Under the pieces are notes generated by a model. It was not told the DNA's origin. It saw only the letters and a list, made by a program, of their open reading frames with translations, and did not search any database. A DNA stretch of 64,000 nucleotides from Bugula neritina (taxonomy: Eukaryota; Animalia; Bryozoa): positions 3,607,680 through 3,671,679 of the forward strand of contig OZ037767.1 of the NCBI GenBank assembly GCA_964035545.1. Direction: 5' to 3'. The translations under genes and the position numbers were made by a program. This document shows, piece by piece, positions 12,001-32,482 of this stretch (positions within the stretch are counted from its first letter, which is position 1; every line of letters starts with the position of its first letter).

Positions 12001-15000
12001 AATTGTAGATTCTTCAATACGTCAACATTGTCTTCATAGTTGTGTTCACTCTAGAAGCTGTCCTTAAGATTATTGCTCTTCGTCATCACTACTTCACTTT
12101 TCCATGGAATGTCTTTGACTTTGTTGTCGTCATAATCTCTATATTAGGTAATTATGTCATACTAATGTCATAGTAAATTGTGATGTCACAATTATCTCAC
12201 AGTAAATTATTATGTCACAATTATGTCGTAGTAAATTATGTCAGTTATGTCAATTTCCTGGAATTACCTTTAAAACTTACTCATTACACTGTGCAGTATT
12301 ATTTAATTTAGCATTACTTTAGCATTACTCTAGCATTGCTATACTATTATTTTAGCATTATTCTAATATTACTCTAGCACTACTTTAGCATTATTCTAGC
12401 CACCTTTTTTAAGTGATTTCCTCTAGTCTTGCAAACCTTACAGCTTTTAAAAGGTTAAATTTGTTGAGTATTTTAGGATATGTATCTCCTGTCATTATTT
12501 CACCTGCCTGCAAGAGGGGGGGGTTGAACCCCTTACAGGCAGGTTTGAACCCTTATGCTATCTAACCATATAGTAATGCGTACCGGCAACCTTTTATACA
12601 ACACTTTCTGAAAGTTGCTATTTCACCCCATTAACTTTTCCTTTTGTATAAGCATTCAAATCATACCTAAATTAGACAAAATATTGCCTTTTGAAAACTA
12701 AAATCTGAAAAGTTTTATCTGACTAAAAGGTTATATTTTTATCGCATTTCATTGTATGTTAAGAGAAAAAAAGTTAGACATAGTTGCATGAAGAACAAAC
12801 AGTATTAACAAGACCTTTAGTGTAGTAACAATAGATGTGGCCAAGGAACCAAACCAATATTGTATAATTAGAATTTTACTATATATTACAAGTTTCCTTG
12901 TATTTGTTCAGGTTTGGCTTTTCAAGACGCAATTGAGAAGATCTTCAACCTATCACCTACAGTTCTAAGAGTAGTTAGGGTATTTAGGGTTGGGCGTGTA
13001 TTACGTCTCGTAAAATCTGCCAAGGGAATAAGAACTTTGCTATTCTCATTACTAGTATCTTTACCTGCTTTGTTTAATATCGGGCTACTACTTTTCCTCG
13101 TCATGTTTATCTATGCTACCTTTGGGATGGCCTTCTTCGCGAATGTTAAAAAAATGGCTGGCATAGACCAAGTAAGTTGTTTTCTTAAAATTTTTATAAT
13201 CAAAGTACTATTCTTGATATCAAAGTTTTTTAGAACAAAGACTAGTAACTAGTAGCTTACTATTTATAGGTTTTGGTGAAATTTCATAGCTGTTTCATTT
13301 TCATATAGTTATTAGTACTAAAGTTTGTTCCTCTCCAAAAACAGCTTTAAATGTCGTGTTTCAAAAAGCTTAAGAACACTTACATTAATAAATTTGACTG
13401 CTTAAATAGTTTGCAATCAATTTTCTAAGATTTCCTACAGGCTGAGACAACGGAAAAAGTGATTTCGCTTTTGATTTTAAAATGTTATTGTGTCTAAATG
13501 CTTCACTGCTTGCAATTGTATTTATTTTTATTTTTGTTAATCAGACATACTTGTTTATCAGATTCATGTACCACATAATTATATACCATTTGATTTTTTA
13601 TTCTTTTATTAGGTTTTTAATTTTGAGACATTTTTCCAAGCATTAATAACGCTGTTTCAATGCACAACATCTGCTGGCTGGAACAACGTCCTGGCTGCCA
13701 TAACTAATACAGAAGACTGTAAGTTTCATCTTAGAAATAGAAATAATGAGTACACAAGTTTGTGAAGCCCCCATTATCTGTTATATCGTTGTTATACTTT
13801 CTGTAGACAGTACTGCATTATATTAAAGCAGTAGATGGGTTGATACAAACATAAAATATGAAATAATTTTTTTCAGTTTTGATAAATTCATTGAATGATG
13901 TAATCTCATTACTATGAATTTGAATCTGCCCCTTTTTGTCTACACTATTTATATTCAAATCATGCAATTTATAAAAGTATACACAAATATGCACACCAAT
14001 TATATTCACAGAGTTAATTTATTACCTAAAATTTTCTCAAAAGTATCAGATATTTCGATTTCCAAAGTTGTGTTTTGTTCATGAGAATGCTATAAAGCAG
14101 CATTAAACTTATGTACATAAAATATCCTGTGCAATGTGTATTAGCCTTGGATTGTACGTTCGTACAGGTGTAGAAGATGTGGACTGCGGGAACGCCCCCC
14201 TCGGTGTTGCGTATATGGTCACCTATCTGCTCTTTACCTTCCTTGTCATCATCAACATGTACATTGCAGTCATTCTTGAGAACTTCAGTCAAGCCACTGA
14301 AGATGTACAGCAAGGTATGTATGTTTCTCTAAAGACGTGTTTACAACCTTTTATACAGGCCTTTAAAAAAATCCCTGACACACTTAGTTTATGCAGGATT
14401 AAAGTATTCATGTATATGAGTATTCTAGTTTAAACTTTGCACTTTCAAGTCGTCTCAGCTATTAAGTTGCGTATTTCAGCAGCTAAGAATAACATGCAAT
14501 GAAAGTCAGCCAAAATAACCATCAGTTTTGTATTACCACAGATTTTAGAGTCGACTGGAAATGTCATTAGCGAGCATTGGAAGTCCCAAATTAATTCAAG
14601 ACATGTTCACACAAAAATTAATATAAAACCAAATTGTTTGAGCATACAACTCCTAAACAGTCTGTAGATGTCTAGATGATAGCTAAGATATATGTGAATA
14701 TTTCATCACTGTATAAATAAAATGTTTTAGTAGCTGTTAGGCTATCTATATCACTGTATATCACTGTTTAGGAGTTGTCTACTCCTAGTTGTTATTCAAT
14801 TGATGTCTAGAGGTTGTGGACTTTAACGGCAGAGTATGATATTTTCTGTGTAGGCATAACGCAAGACGACATTGATATGTACTATGAATTATGGGGAACG
14901 TACGACCCTAAAGCTACTAAATACATTCAAGTAGACAAATTGTTTGATTTGGTTGACGAGTTGGAAGAACCGCTGCGAGTAGCCAAACCCAACTACTTCA

Positions 15001-16711
15001 GATTAGTCATGACGGACATACCTGTGTGTAAAGGGGATAAAATACACTGCAGCGATATCCTGGACATGCTTACTCGGCTTTTCCTCAAACAAGATTTTGG
15101 TAAGCGAAATATTTCTTGGTAATTACTATTTGATGATAAAAGGTCAAAAGTGGGAAAAAACAAATTTCTGTGGGTATACATGTGTGTGCGTGCGCGTGTG
15201 TGTGCGTGCGCGTGTGTATATACATTATATAAGTTGAAATATATTTCCTAAATTGTTGCAAAGCATATGTTTTTATTTATTGGGTTGTTTTTATGTTGAT
15301 TATTTGAATATAGCTTAAATTCTTGAACATAATGCAACCTAATAAATAGACCATAAGCTATATGTGAGCCATATAAAATATTTATAAGTACTTTTACCTG
15401 CATAACGCATAATATCAGTGTGCATATTATACCTGCAACTTTAGTTCTAATTATTCAGTATAATGAAATTGCTTTCAGAGCCCGAGAACACAACTCCTGG
15501 AGGTAAAAACCGCCACTTGCACTGATTGCTAGTTATCACCAATATAGCTTATAATTCTAATGATTCCACTGCAGTTGTAGACATTCGTGTTTATATATTA
15601 TGTATATATACATGATATGTTATATTTAGATATCATACTTTGTACAAAATGCACCTTGCGTTATGATTTTCCTACTCCTTCTAACATTATAATTCGTAGT
15701 CGGTTGTTGTTTGATGTGACTAACTTCCTTAACTAGAGTGAAAGTAACATGATAAACTATCACACTCATAAGTAATCAGTATAAATATAAGTTTCCTTGG
15801 CTTCCATCAATATGTTCAACATATATCAACAATGTGATAAAGGTCTCCAGTTTAGAATGTTATGCTGTTGAAGAAAAATTAACATAAACTATATAGTATA
15901 TAAACAACACATATATAATATGAATATATATGTTTATTTCATTTATTAATCTAGTATTCTTTTTAAAGAGTAATTCTGGAGGGAAATAAATGATTTTAGT
16001 TTACAAAACTATCAAACTGATAAAACAGTGTATCCTGTGTATCGGAGATGGTCAACTTTTCCTGCTTTATTTTATTGCTTTCAATGCATGACTAATTGAT
16101 GTAAAATAATATTGATATAAAGCTGTGGGAGTTGAGTTTCTAAACATACCAATATAATGGGTTTGTATGGGTTTACAGACCAAGGCACAGATGAGAATAT
16201 TGCTCCCACTGATGGTAAAGAGAAATATGACGAGGATTGTAAGCCTATATATGGTCTGCTTGAAAGGCAGCGTCATAAATGGGCTGCCAGGTTTATATGG
16301 CGTCGATATCTCGCGGTAAGAGAATACAGTTTGTCGATTTACTAAATGTAGCTAGTCATTTCATTTGCCTGATTTTAGATTCTTGTCTGAGTTCAAGGTC
16401 GATAGTTTGTGAAATTATCGACAAAATTTTTTTACTATGTTTACAATTTAAATCACTTCTTTGCTGCTCTCACACTAAACATGCTTATTGATAGTATGTC
16501 ATTACATAATTATGTGTGGCATTAATATTTATTGCAGTATCGAGAGTCTAAAGGTACGCCCCTCACCGGAGCTTCTGATAATACTAGGCTAAGCATAGAA
16601 AATGAACTTACAGTTCCAGAGTCTACGTCTTCTGATCGTATTAAAAAAGAAAAGAAGGCAAAACGATCAACTAGCAAAAACCAAATGGCAAATAATGATA
16701 ACAAGAGCTGA
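37..16711 (+). CDS. Nav1: Voltage-gated sodium channel alpha subunit, Nav1/para type (5'-partial; domains II-IV and C-terminus)
   Basis: GT-AG exons join in frame: 37-225, 443-659, 1061-1230, 1582-1801, 2080-2162, (2454-2543), 2612-2779, (3288-3314), 3794-3979, 4653-4826, 5419-5541, 6065-6228, 6763-6916, 7137-7328, 10781-10888, 11197-11328, 12009-12147, 12912-13171, 13613-13718, 14168-14314, 14854-15099, (15479-15502), 16179-16315, 16538-16711 (TGA). S4 motifs: [46 protein letters not shown]. Pore loops: [11 protein letters not shown] (E), [11 protein letters not shown] (K), TTSAGWNN (A). Inactivation linker [17 protein letters not shown]. Bracketed exons are less certain. Confidence 0.97.
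2454..2543 (+). CDS. Probable symmetric cassette exon in the Nav II-III linker
   Basis: ttttggctcag|...|gtaatg; 90 nt, phase 0-0, open frame [30 protein letters not shown]. Confidence 0.65.
3288..3314 (+). CDS. Candidate 27-nt microexon in the Nav II-III linker
   Basis: tttgaag|gtacccgagggctacacgccaactgtg|gtaatt; GC-rich island in an AT-rich intron, phase 0-0, encodes VPEGYTPTV. Confidence 0.55.
4165..4228. mobile_element. Tiny palindromic MITE-like remnant
   Basis: caccgggtttccatggatcgatctc ... gagatcgatccatggaaagccgatg: ~25-bp imperfect inverted arms around a 14-bp spacer in TA-rich context. Confidence 0.5.
5212..5310. repeat. (ACTC)n microsatellite
   Basis: Direct reading. Confidence 0.95.
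15479..15502 (+). CDS. 24-nt microexon in the Nav C-terminal tail
   Basis: gctttcag|agcccgagaacacaactcctggag|gtaaaa; phase 1-1 matches the flanking exons, encodes (E)PENTTPG. Confidence 0.7.
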
Positions 16712-18155
16712 TGAAAAGTAGACAAATCCGAAAAACATGATTTCACTGCCTTTGTTCCACTGGTGGAACTATACGACTAAAGTTTAATAAATGCTCTTTT
16801 GTATTCATCTAACACTATATGCAATGTCAGGATATTCCATTTTTATTTCAAGCATATTTTCCTATTATTTTCAAATTTTTATGTTGCAGTACATGTCTTT
16901 TAGTTCCACATTGTATAGAATTGACACGTATTTATGAAAGTGACATCTCCAAAGTTGGAACTTGTAAATAATGTCACATGCTTGTGTTTTTGTAAACATT
17001 ATTATTATCTTTAGAAACGTTAGCTTTCTATACACGTTGAGAAGTTGTGTGCACGCCGTTGCCTTTCCGCAGGTACATGTAGTCAAGTCACAATAACCAG
17101 TTTCTAGGCTTTCTTTGCTCAAGCTTGTTTCGTCTTCACCTCGTTAGTGCTAAACTGTTCAACACAGAAAACCTAAAGCTTGTAAATTCTGTTCCAACGC
17201 TCCCACCCTAACCACCCCCAAACTTGCACATAGCAGCTTGAGGCATCTCAGTCTTCCAGCAGTTTAATCAAAGAATTGAATACCATAGACTGAGTTCATA
17301 TCTACAGTCATAGATGTCAAGAGATATCTAGACACTAAGTGTATATAAATATTATTGTAAGGAACCAGTATTGTCTCATATAGGGAAGATAACTCTTGGT
17401 TAATACAGTAATACTAAGTATAAATGTTATTCTCGCATTATAAACGTCATTTGGTTATTATGTTATTAGTATACACATCATACTTTTATGAATGCATCAA
17501 ACTTGTAGAGTAATGCAATTATTATAGTTACTCTGGTATTTTATTTGTTTTTGATGTTACACAAAAGGCATATAAATTGCATACAACTTATTTCATATTT
17601 TAAATAAACTTGAGATGACAAAACCTATGCAGCGACCAGTTATGTAATTAATTGACTTACACAGTTAAAGTTGCAGCAAAATACCTGCAGTAAAATTACA
17701 TTCGATTAATAATGCTGCTGGATACATCAATCTGCTATTTCTATACCGAGTAAAAACTATTTCATTATTTGAGCTAGTAGACAATAACATAATGAGTAAG
17801 CTAGAACTTACATCATGTGTGGAGGCAATAATGCTTTATTTTAAATATAATATTTTATTGAAATATTTTTGTAATTTAATATGTTTTTTATTTTAAAAGT
17901 TTATAGAACTAAAAAAAGAGGAATGGAGTGGCTAGATAATATTCACAACCCAAAAAAACAGCAGATAAAAATAACATAAAATGTCGAAACAAAATTTGCA
18001 TTGTAGCATTTATCACACTGTCATGGACTAGAACAATCTAATAGACTATATTATTGTTTCAACAATAATTAACCACACAAATCACACACGGAATTCGATG
18101 GCACTGTGTTGAAAAATTCACCACACTCCTCAGTTTTCAACTTATAATGACTATA

Positions 18156-26129
<7,974 letters not shown>

Positions 26130-27581
26130 TACAAAATCATTTACTCTTTACTAAACTATAGCTGTAATCATGTGAGAATTTTTTTTTCACAGTATATGCA
26201 CTGCTTCAACAATAGGTTATTGCTGCGAGGTTACATCCATGGCAAATTAGAACAGAAAGGTACGTTAAATGCCTGTTCATAAATTTGCAGTCGCCAATCA
26301 TAGCACTAGAAAAAGGCATAGTAATATTACCAAGTTACTTGCTAACATGGCTTTAGCCCATAGTTATCAATAGAGTCGAACGCTCTTTAAATACTTCCCG
26401 CATAGTAGAAACTTTATGCTAGTTTCTAAAGCTAGCTAAGAGTTATGGTAGACCAATAATAATGAAAGTGCTGCTTATATATAATTAAGGAGCTTAGTCG
26501 TCATGGTGATAAATATTTACTTGGGCTCTGCATACAAATGAACTTGAGGAATTATTTACTTAAAACAAACTTTTGAGTTTTCATCTCATTTACATAACTA
26601 CATTAGTTACAGATCCTAGTCTAATTTTTAGTTACTGGTTATATATTGTTGCTTAAGATAGTTTCTCTATACTAAACATTGCTAAGCTTGCATCGCTATT
26701 GATATCATAAAATGTTGATCAGAGGTTAAATGAGCTCATAAAATTAGAGAGTAGACAGCTCTAAGAATAAAATTTCTAGATAAAAATTGTTTAGAAACGA
26801 AGTGCTAACGATTACAAAAATTAAAATTAATTTTTGGCATCAGTCGCAATTTGAACATGGAAGAAAAATGAAATATGATTAAACTATTTTTATGGAATAA
26901 TGTCATTTAGCAAAATGAAAAACATGTAAAAGTAACAAAACACAAGATTTCACACATGGCTTATATTCAGTGAGAAAAAAAGTTACAGAAGCAGGTATTT
27001 GTGGAGAGCTACTTAATAAGATATATTAATATAGATATGAATACAAGCTGTTGGATGGCATTGTTGAGTTGTGTCCTCTCTCCAGTTTGCTGAAAATAAA
27101 CACAAATAACTATCATTTTTAATGAAGTTAGTATAATGCATAATAAATTTAGCTACAAAAGCCTTTTTTAGAAGACTTAACTTTTGAGTTCTTCAGATGC
27201 TAGCTATTACAGTTTTCATAGTTTTTAAGTGAACTCAAGAGCCTCTAACAGGATCTACTATGTTTTTTCAAAACCTATAATTTTATAAGAATTTTTGGAA
27301 ATTGAAAAATTGCCTTAATATTTGTTTTTTTTCATATCTAAATTACTTAAATTTGAATAACTACTAATACTAATACTACTTTTGCGATTTTATTATTATT
27401 AATATAGTGGCCGGCTTTTATAATGTAGTTATATTTCACAATAACTTGGCTTTTTATCACAGCAGGATAAATTCATATTCTGATACGCCATGTTTGGTTT
27501 AGATCTTTATAGCTGCCCATTTCTAAAGTTGATCATAATAATATTATAGCTATGAATATAAGCATATTATTTACTATAAGG

Positions 27582-27723
27582 GAGCAACCGTGGTCTAGGG
27601 GTTAGAGCGTTTGCCTATAGTAAGCACGAAGTCATGAGTTCCAGCCCGGAAGAGCATCCAGTTGTATAATTGCTCCTGTGCCTCATCTTAGTAAGTCCTT
27701 AGCCCAATTCAACAAAAACTCTT
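27582..27723 (+). mobile_element. tRNA-derived SINE, truncated copy
   Basis: A-box-like gtggtctaggggttagagcg and B-box-like gagttccagccc; body gaagagcatccag...ttgctcctgtgcctcat shared with the copies at 50793 and 52733. Confidence 0.8.
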
Positions 27724-28385
27724 TATATACATGGCCATAAGCAATGTGTTTGCTTACTGGCTATATAACACTGTGAAAATAGCATTCCAAGTGGGTGTAT
27801 TTGCACCCCTTTCACTTACCCCAACTTGAAGCTTGATGAATAATGAAGCAATGTCTGTACCAATTTATGAATATTGCTAATACATATAATTAAAATTATT
27901 TATACTTATTCTAAAAATGCGGCCTCAGCCACTGCAGTGTTAAACTCCACACCTACACAGTTTTCTGCAGCATGTTATTGTTATATGTGCTGACATATAA
28001 AATCCATCAAGTCAAAAAGGCTGCTATAGTTTATTATCGCCTAATAAATCATTGAAATAATTAATTTTATTTACTCTAAACTATTCTATTCATCAAAATA
28101 TATTCATAATTATATGTTTATTACTTTTTGAACAATTTTATAGAAACAGATAATAAGAAATATATTACAAATTTTCTTTTCAACACAAATAAAACGTCAT
28201 GCAAGTAAAAATAATATAAACTTTTGAAATATAGGCTGCTTAACATAGAACTCATTTATATATTAGAATATTGATTTAAAAGATCTATTATATATTAGTT
28301 CAACAATAACCACACAGACAGACTGCAATGTTAGCACTGTGCTAAAAAACTCAATAAACTTTTTCAGTTTTTAAACTAATGACTA

Positions 28386-31300
28386 TTAATATAAAATTGA
28401 AACATTGAGCAACTTTTTCTGATATTTATTGAGTTCTTTTACATGAGGAATTTCAGCCAAAGCTAGCTCTACACATGTTGAGTTATTTAGACCACTTTCA
28501 GAAAGCAAATATCCATACGATCCTGCACCATATGGTCGAAACCTCTGGTCTGGTATTTTACCAGCAGGCAAGGAAGCATTGACACAATCTGTCATCCAGA
28601 GATTCTGTAGACGCTTTAACTTAACAATCTCTGCATTTATATATTCTTTTTTCAAAGCCAAAATATGTTCTAATTTATTTTTAAAATATTTATACAAAGC
28701 AAAGTCAGCTTTGAGAAACTTGTAAACAGCAGCACGATTTCCTTCATTATCTTCTGGAAGTAACGAATGATCTGTAGATGGTTGTGCTTTTGTGCCCTTA
28801 AAATTTAATTTAAAATACAAAATATCTATATTGTTCCATCCCAGCATATCTCTCAGCAAAATCAGACATTCATCAAAATATTCTACTATAATTACAAAAT
28901 GAAATTGTTTATCTATGCTTTGAATAAGGTCCTTCACGGCATCATCTTTGTCTGCATTTTTTATGTCTAGTCCAAGATCAAAAGCCTGTGGACTCTTAAT
29001 AACAACTGCACAGCTTGTTCTTCCAGATCTGATGACTTCTAAAAGAGTCGCAGGATCTTGTGAAGGTAAACATCTCTTCATCTGGTAATACTCGAACATA
29101 GATTTGAGTTGTGTGAACGGATCTCGGAGGGATGTAAAATAGAAGCTGTCTTGAGGCATTGTTCTTATCAAATCATCTGATAGCACAGTGTGAAAGCAGA
29201 GTACATCTGGTGCGCTAGGGTGCTTTTTAAGGTTTCTAGCTCTGTTAAACTTTGCAGGCCAACCGAGCTGGTTAAAATTGTCTTTTACGGGAAGAGCAAA
29301 TGTTAGGTTTCGCTTCATGCCCGCTCTCATTACGATGTTTTGTAATGTGGAGCTGGCAGCCTTGTGTACTTTTAGATAAACAATGTGACTGCTGTTATAT
29401 GGTCTGGAATTGAATACAGATTCTCCTTTCAGCGTTATTTTGGATAATGACTTCGAAGTTACAGAGCTCTTTGGAGAAACTGGGTTTTCTATTTCTTTAT
29501 TTTTTTCAAGACTTTGTACATTCAAAAGTTGAAATCTGTTATTAGAACCTGAATAAAATAAACATTTTTTTAATTTACAAAAAGATGTTACGTAACATAT
29601 ATTATTTTATGTACATACCATAATTATATTATGTCACATATCATGTATTACATTGCATATAATATATTGCTTACCTTAATTAAACTACATGTACATGTAA
29701 TATCGTTTGCCTTATACCCATGCTATACTATACATATATAGAAACTAAATGTGTGTATTATTTATATATATAGCTGTTAGTTAAAATTTAGTTATCCCAT
29801 ACATACTATGTACCATACATTGCTTTTGAAACCATGTATGGTACTCTTGAAACTATAGTCACTTCATACTAATATATAAATAGTACATTATATGTATTAC
29901 CTATACATGTATGTATTATACTAACCAACTTTCGTTCCATATGAGTTAGTTTGAAAATGCACCTGAACTTGGTCACCGTAGTAGAAGATGACCATAGAAA
30001 CTAATCCAGCTACCACCATCAACGTAACGAAAATCTTACTCCATTTCTGACACTTCATCCTATGTCAGAATAATATTGAAACTAAATTAATATTTGCCGT
30101 GAACCATTCAAGTATGCAAAGTCATGGACTACTCTACATATTTTACTATAACTTCCTGTTCGATAACCTCTTGAGTCGCCGAAAGATTCTCGAAAACAAA
30201 ATCACTCTATTGCAGTGTTGAAAAATCAGGTCTACACTTAAACTACTGTAAATTCTTAAAAGGAAAACAAGCTATAGTTTTAAATAATCTTTTGTCAGCA
30301 TTATTTACAATACATCAGCTTTTTATGCCTAAAGATAATTTAGGTGAAAAAATAAACTTTGCTCAATATATAATTACAGGAGAAAAAATTATTTTCCTCT
30401 GATTGTTGGCTTCAGTTTTGCACGATTGTGTTGTGGAAAAACAGCTACTTGTGTTAGATATGTTTATTTTCTGATCAGCTGGCAAAAATAGGTAAGCACT
30501 AAGCAGAAAATGTTCGCTTTTATTAGTTTAAAAGTTATAATAAAATATACAAAAGTTCAAAGTTTACTGCACTAGTTTGCTGCACAGTTTACTGCCTGCA
30601 CGGCTTTGTATGCATGCAAACTTGATTTGTATTAATTCATAGTAGCAATTAGTTAGACTTTAAGTCCTCTGTATCCACTGGCTATAACTGAATAGGAAAT
30701 TAAATATATAAGATGTTACGTAACTAAGTAAATAAGTTTTCTACTTTTAAGTAACTAGTTTAAAATGCTATGCAGAAATTCAAGTCTTGTCAGCATACTT
30801 GTGAATATTACGCTGCCTTAACTTACACAACACACATACCACACTAAACACACGCACACAGCGTACACGCACACACGCACACACGCACACACGCACACAC
30901 CAAACACACGCACACAGCGTACACAACCACATGAATGTCTATCTGACCAATAACCAGAGTTCAGCCTACATAAGTGTGGGAAAAGTAGTGCAGGTCATGC
31001 AGAGGATAAAGAAAGTTGAAATTTATTTGCTTGTGTCAAGTTGCCAGCGTTCAAACACATACTTAAACTTTCCAATTATACTTTAATTATGCTTATTTTT
31101 ACAGCAATTTTGAAAGTCATGTTCAGCAAATTGCAGAAAAATTACTCTGCATAAGCTATATAGAACGTTATTGATGGGCATGTGTTTCACTTTAATCAGA
31201 GAGAGCATAGATGTGTAATTTCACTTATAGGCCCTATGCTAAATCAATTTTACTATTCAATTTGAACAAAAATTCTATTTTTAGATACTCAATAGACCTA

Positions 31301-32017
31301 TATTTTTGAAACGTTTTAATTCACTCTGTTTTATAAAATTTGCATTAAAACAGAAATGTCAACTGGTGCTGTCAACAGGTACTGTCAACAGGTGCTATAA
31401 ACTGATACTGTCAACAGGTGCTATAAACTGATGCTGTCAACAGGTGCTGCCGACAGGTGCTGTCAGCAGATTCTGTCAACAGGTGCTGTCAACAGGTGCT
31501 GTCAACAGGTACTGTCAACAGGTGCTGTAAACTGATGCTGTCAACAGATGCTGTCGACAAAAGCTTCAACAGGTACTGTCAACAGGTGCTGTGAACTGAT
31601 GCTGTCAACAGATGCTGTCGACAAGAGCTGTCAACTGGTTCTGTCAACAAGTGCTGTCTGCTATGTCTAATGGCTTTACTTCAGTGTCCTTTCTGTTACT
31701 AACCTAGAATCTTATTATGTTATAAGCAGTAAAAATGGTAAAACCTTAAACATGCTGCACAATTATAAAACGTGTGATTATGATTAATATGTCAAATAAG
31801 TGGACATATTGTTTTAATATGTTAAGGCATTGTATGTATATAGCTATATGACATCATCTTATAACACATTACAGAGTACATAATCTTCCAGGAGTGTGAG
31901 ATTCTTCTAGCTTACTATCTATTATAAAACTTCCCTTACTAAATTAAGCAAATTAATTCAAGTATCAAGATGGTTTACTCACCTTTTTACAAATCTATGC
32001 CAGCTACAAATCTTCAT
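28386..32017 (-). CDS. Galactose-3-O-sulfotransferase family protein, paralogue 2
   Basis: Exons 32017-31983 (MKICSWHRFVK), 30059-29926 (TM), 29548-28386 (same 1163-nt length as in paralogue 1). Same YLKVHKAASST and FTSLRDP motifs; protein highly similar to paralogue 1. Confidence 0.9.
31357..31657. repeat. ~13-bp minisatellite (ctgtcaacaggtg), expanded copy
   Basis: Roughly 20 degenerate tandem units. Confidence 0.9.
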
Positions 32018-32453
32018 TACAAAAATCATACTGACTAAACTACAACTGTAGACTCGTGTAGGGATATTAACGTGTTCTACTGCAAACTTGCAACGACCAT
32101 TCAAGTTAGTAGCTGCCTGCAGCACATATTACTGGTTATAAAATGTTGAAGGGATCAATGGAAAAATAATAATACTTAACGCTACAAGCTATTCATTAGA
32201 AAGAAGTCAAAGACATTTGAGTGAAATGTTCAATAATATTATGGTATATGATCTAAAGTAAGTCGGGTTAGGGTAAGAAATATTAGCTTGCTGATTAGTA
32301 AAGATAATTAGATTTTGATTCTGTGCCATGCATAATTTATTGCAATATTATGTTGAAGAACAACAGTGACGGCTAATTTGTTACATAGACGATAGAGAAA
32401 AACTGTTGACACGACAGAACTTTCACGATTATGCTCTCTTAAAATACCCATAT

Positions 32454-32482
32454 CCCCCCCCCCCCCCCCCCCCCCCCCCCCC
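32454..32482. repeat. Poly-C homopolymer
   Basis: Direct reading. Confidence 0.9.
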
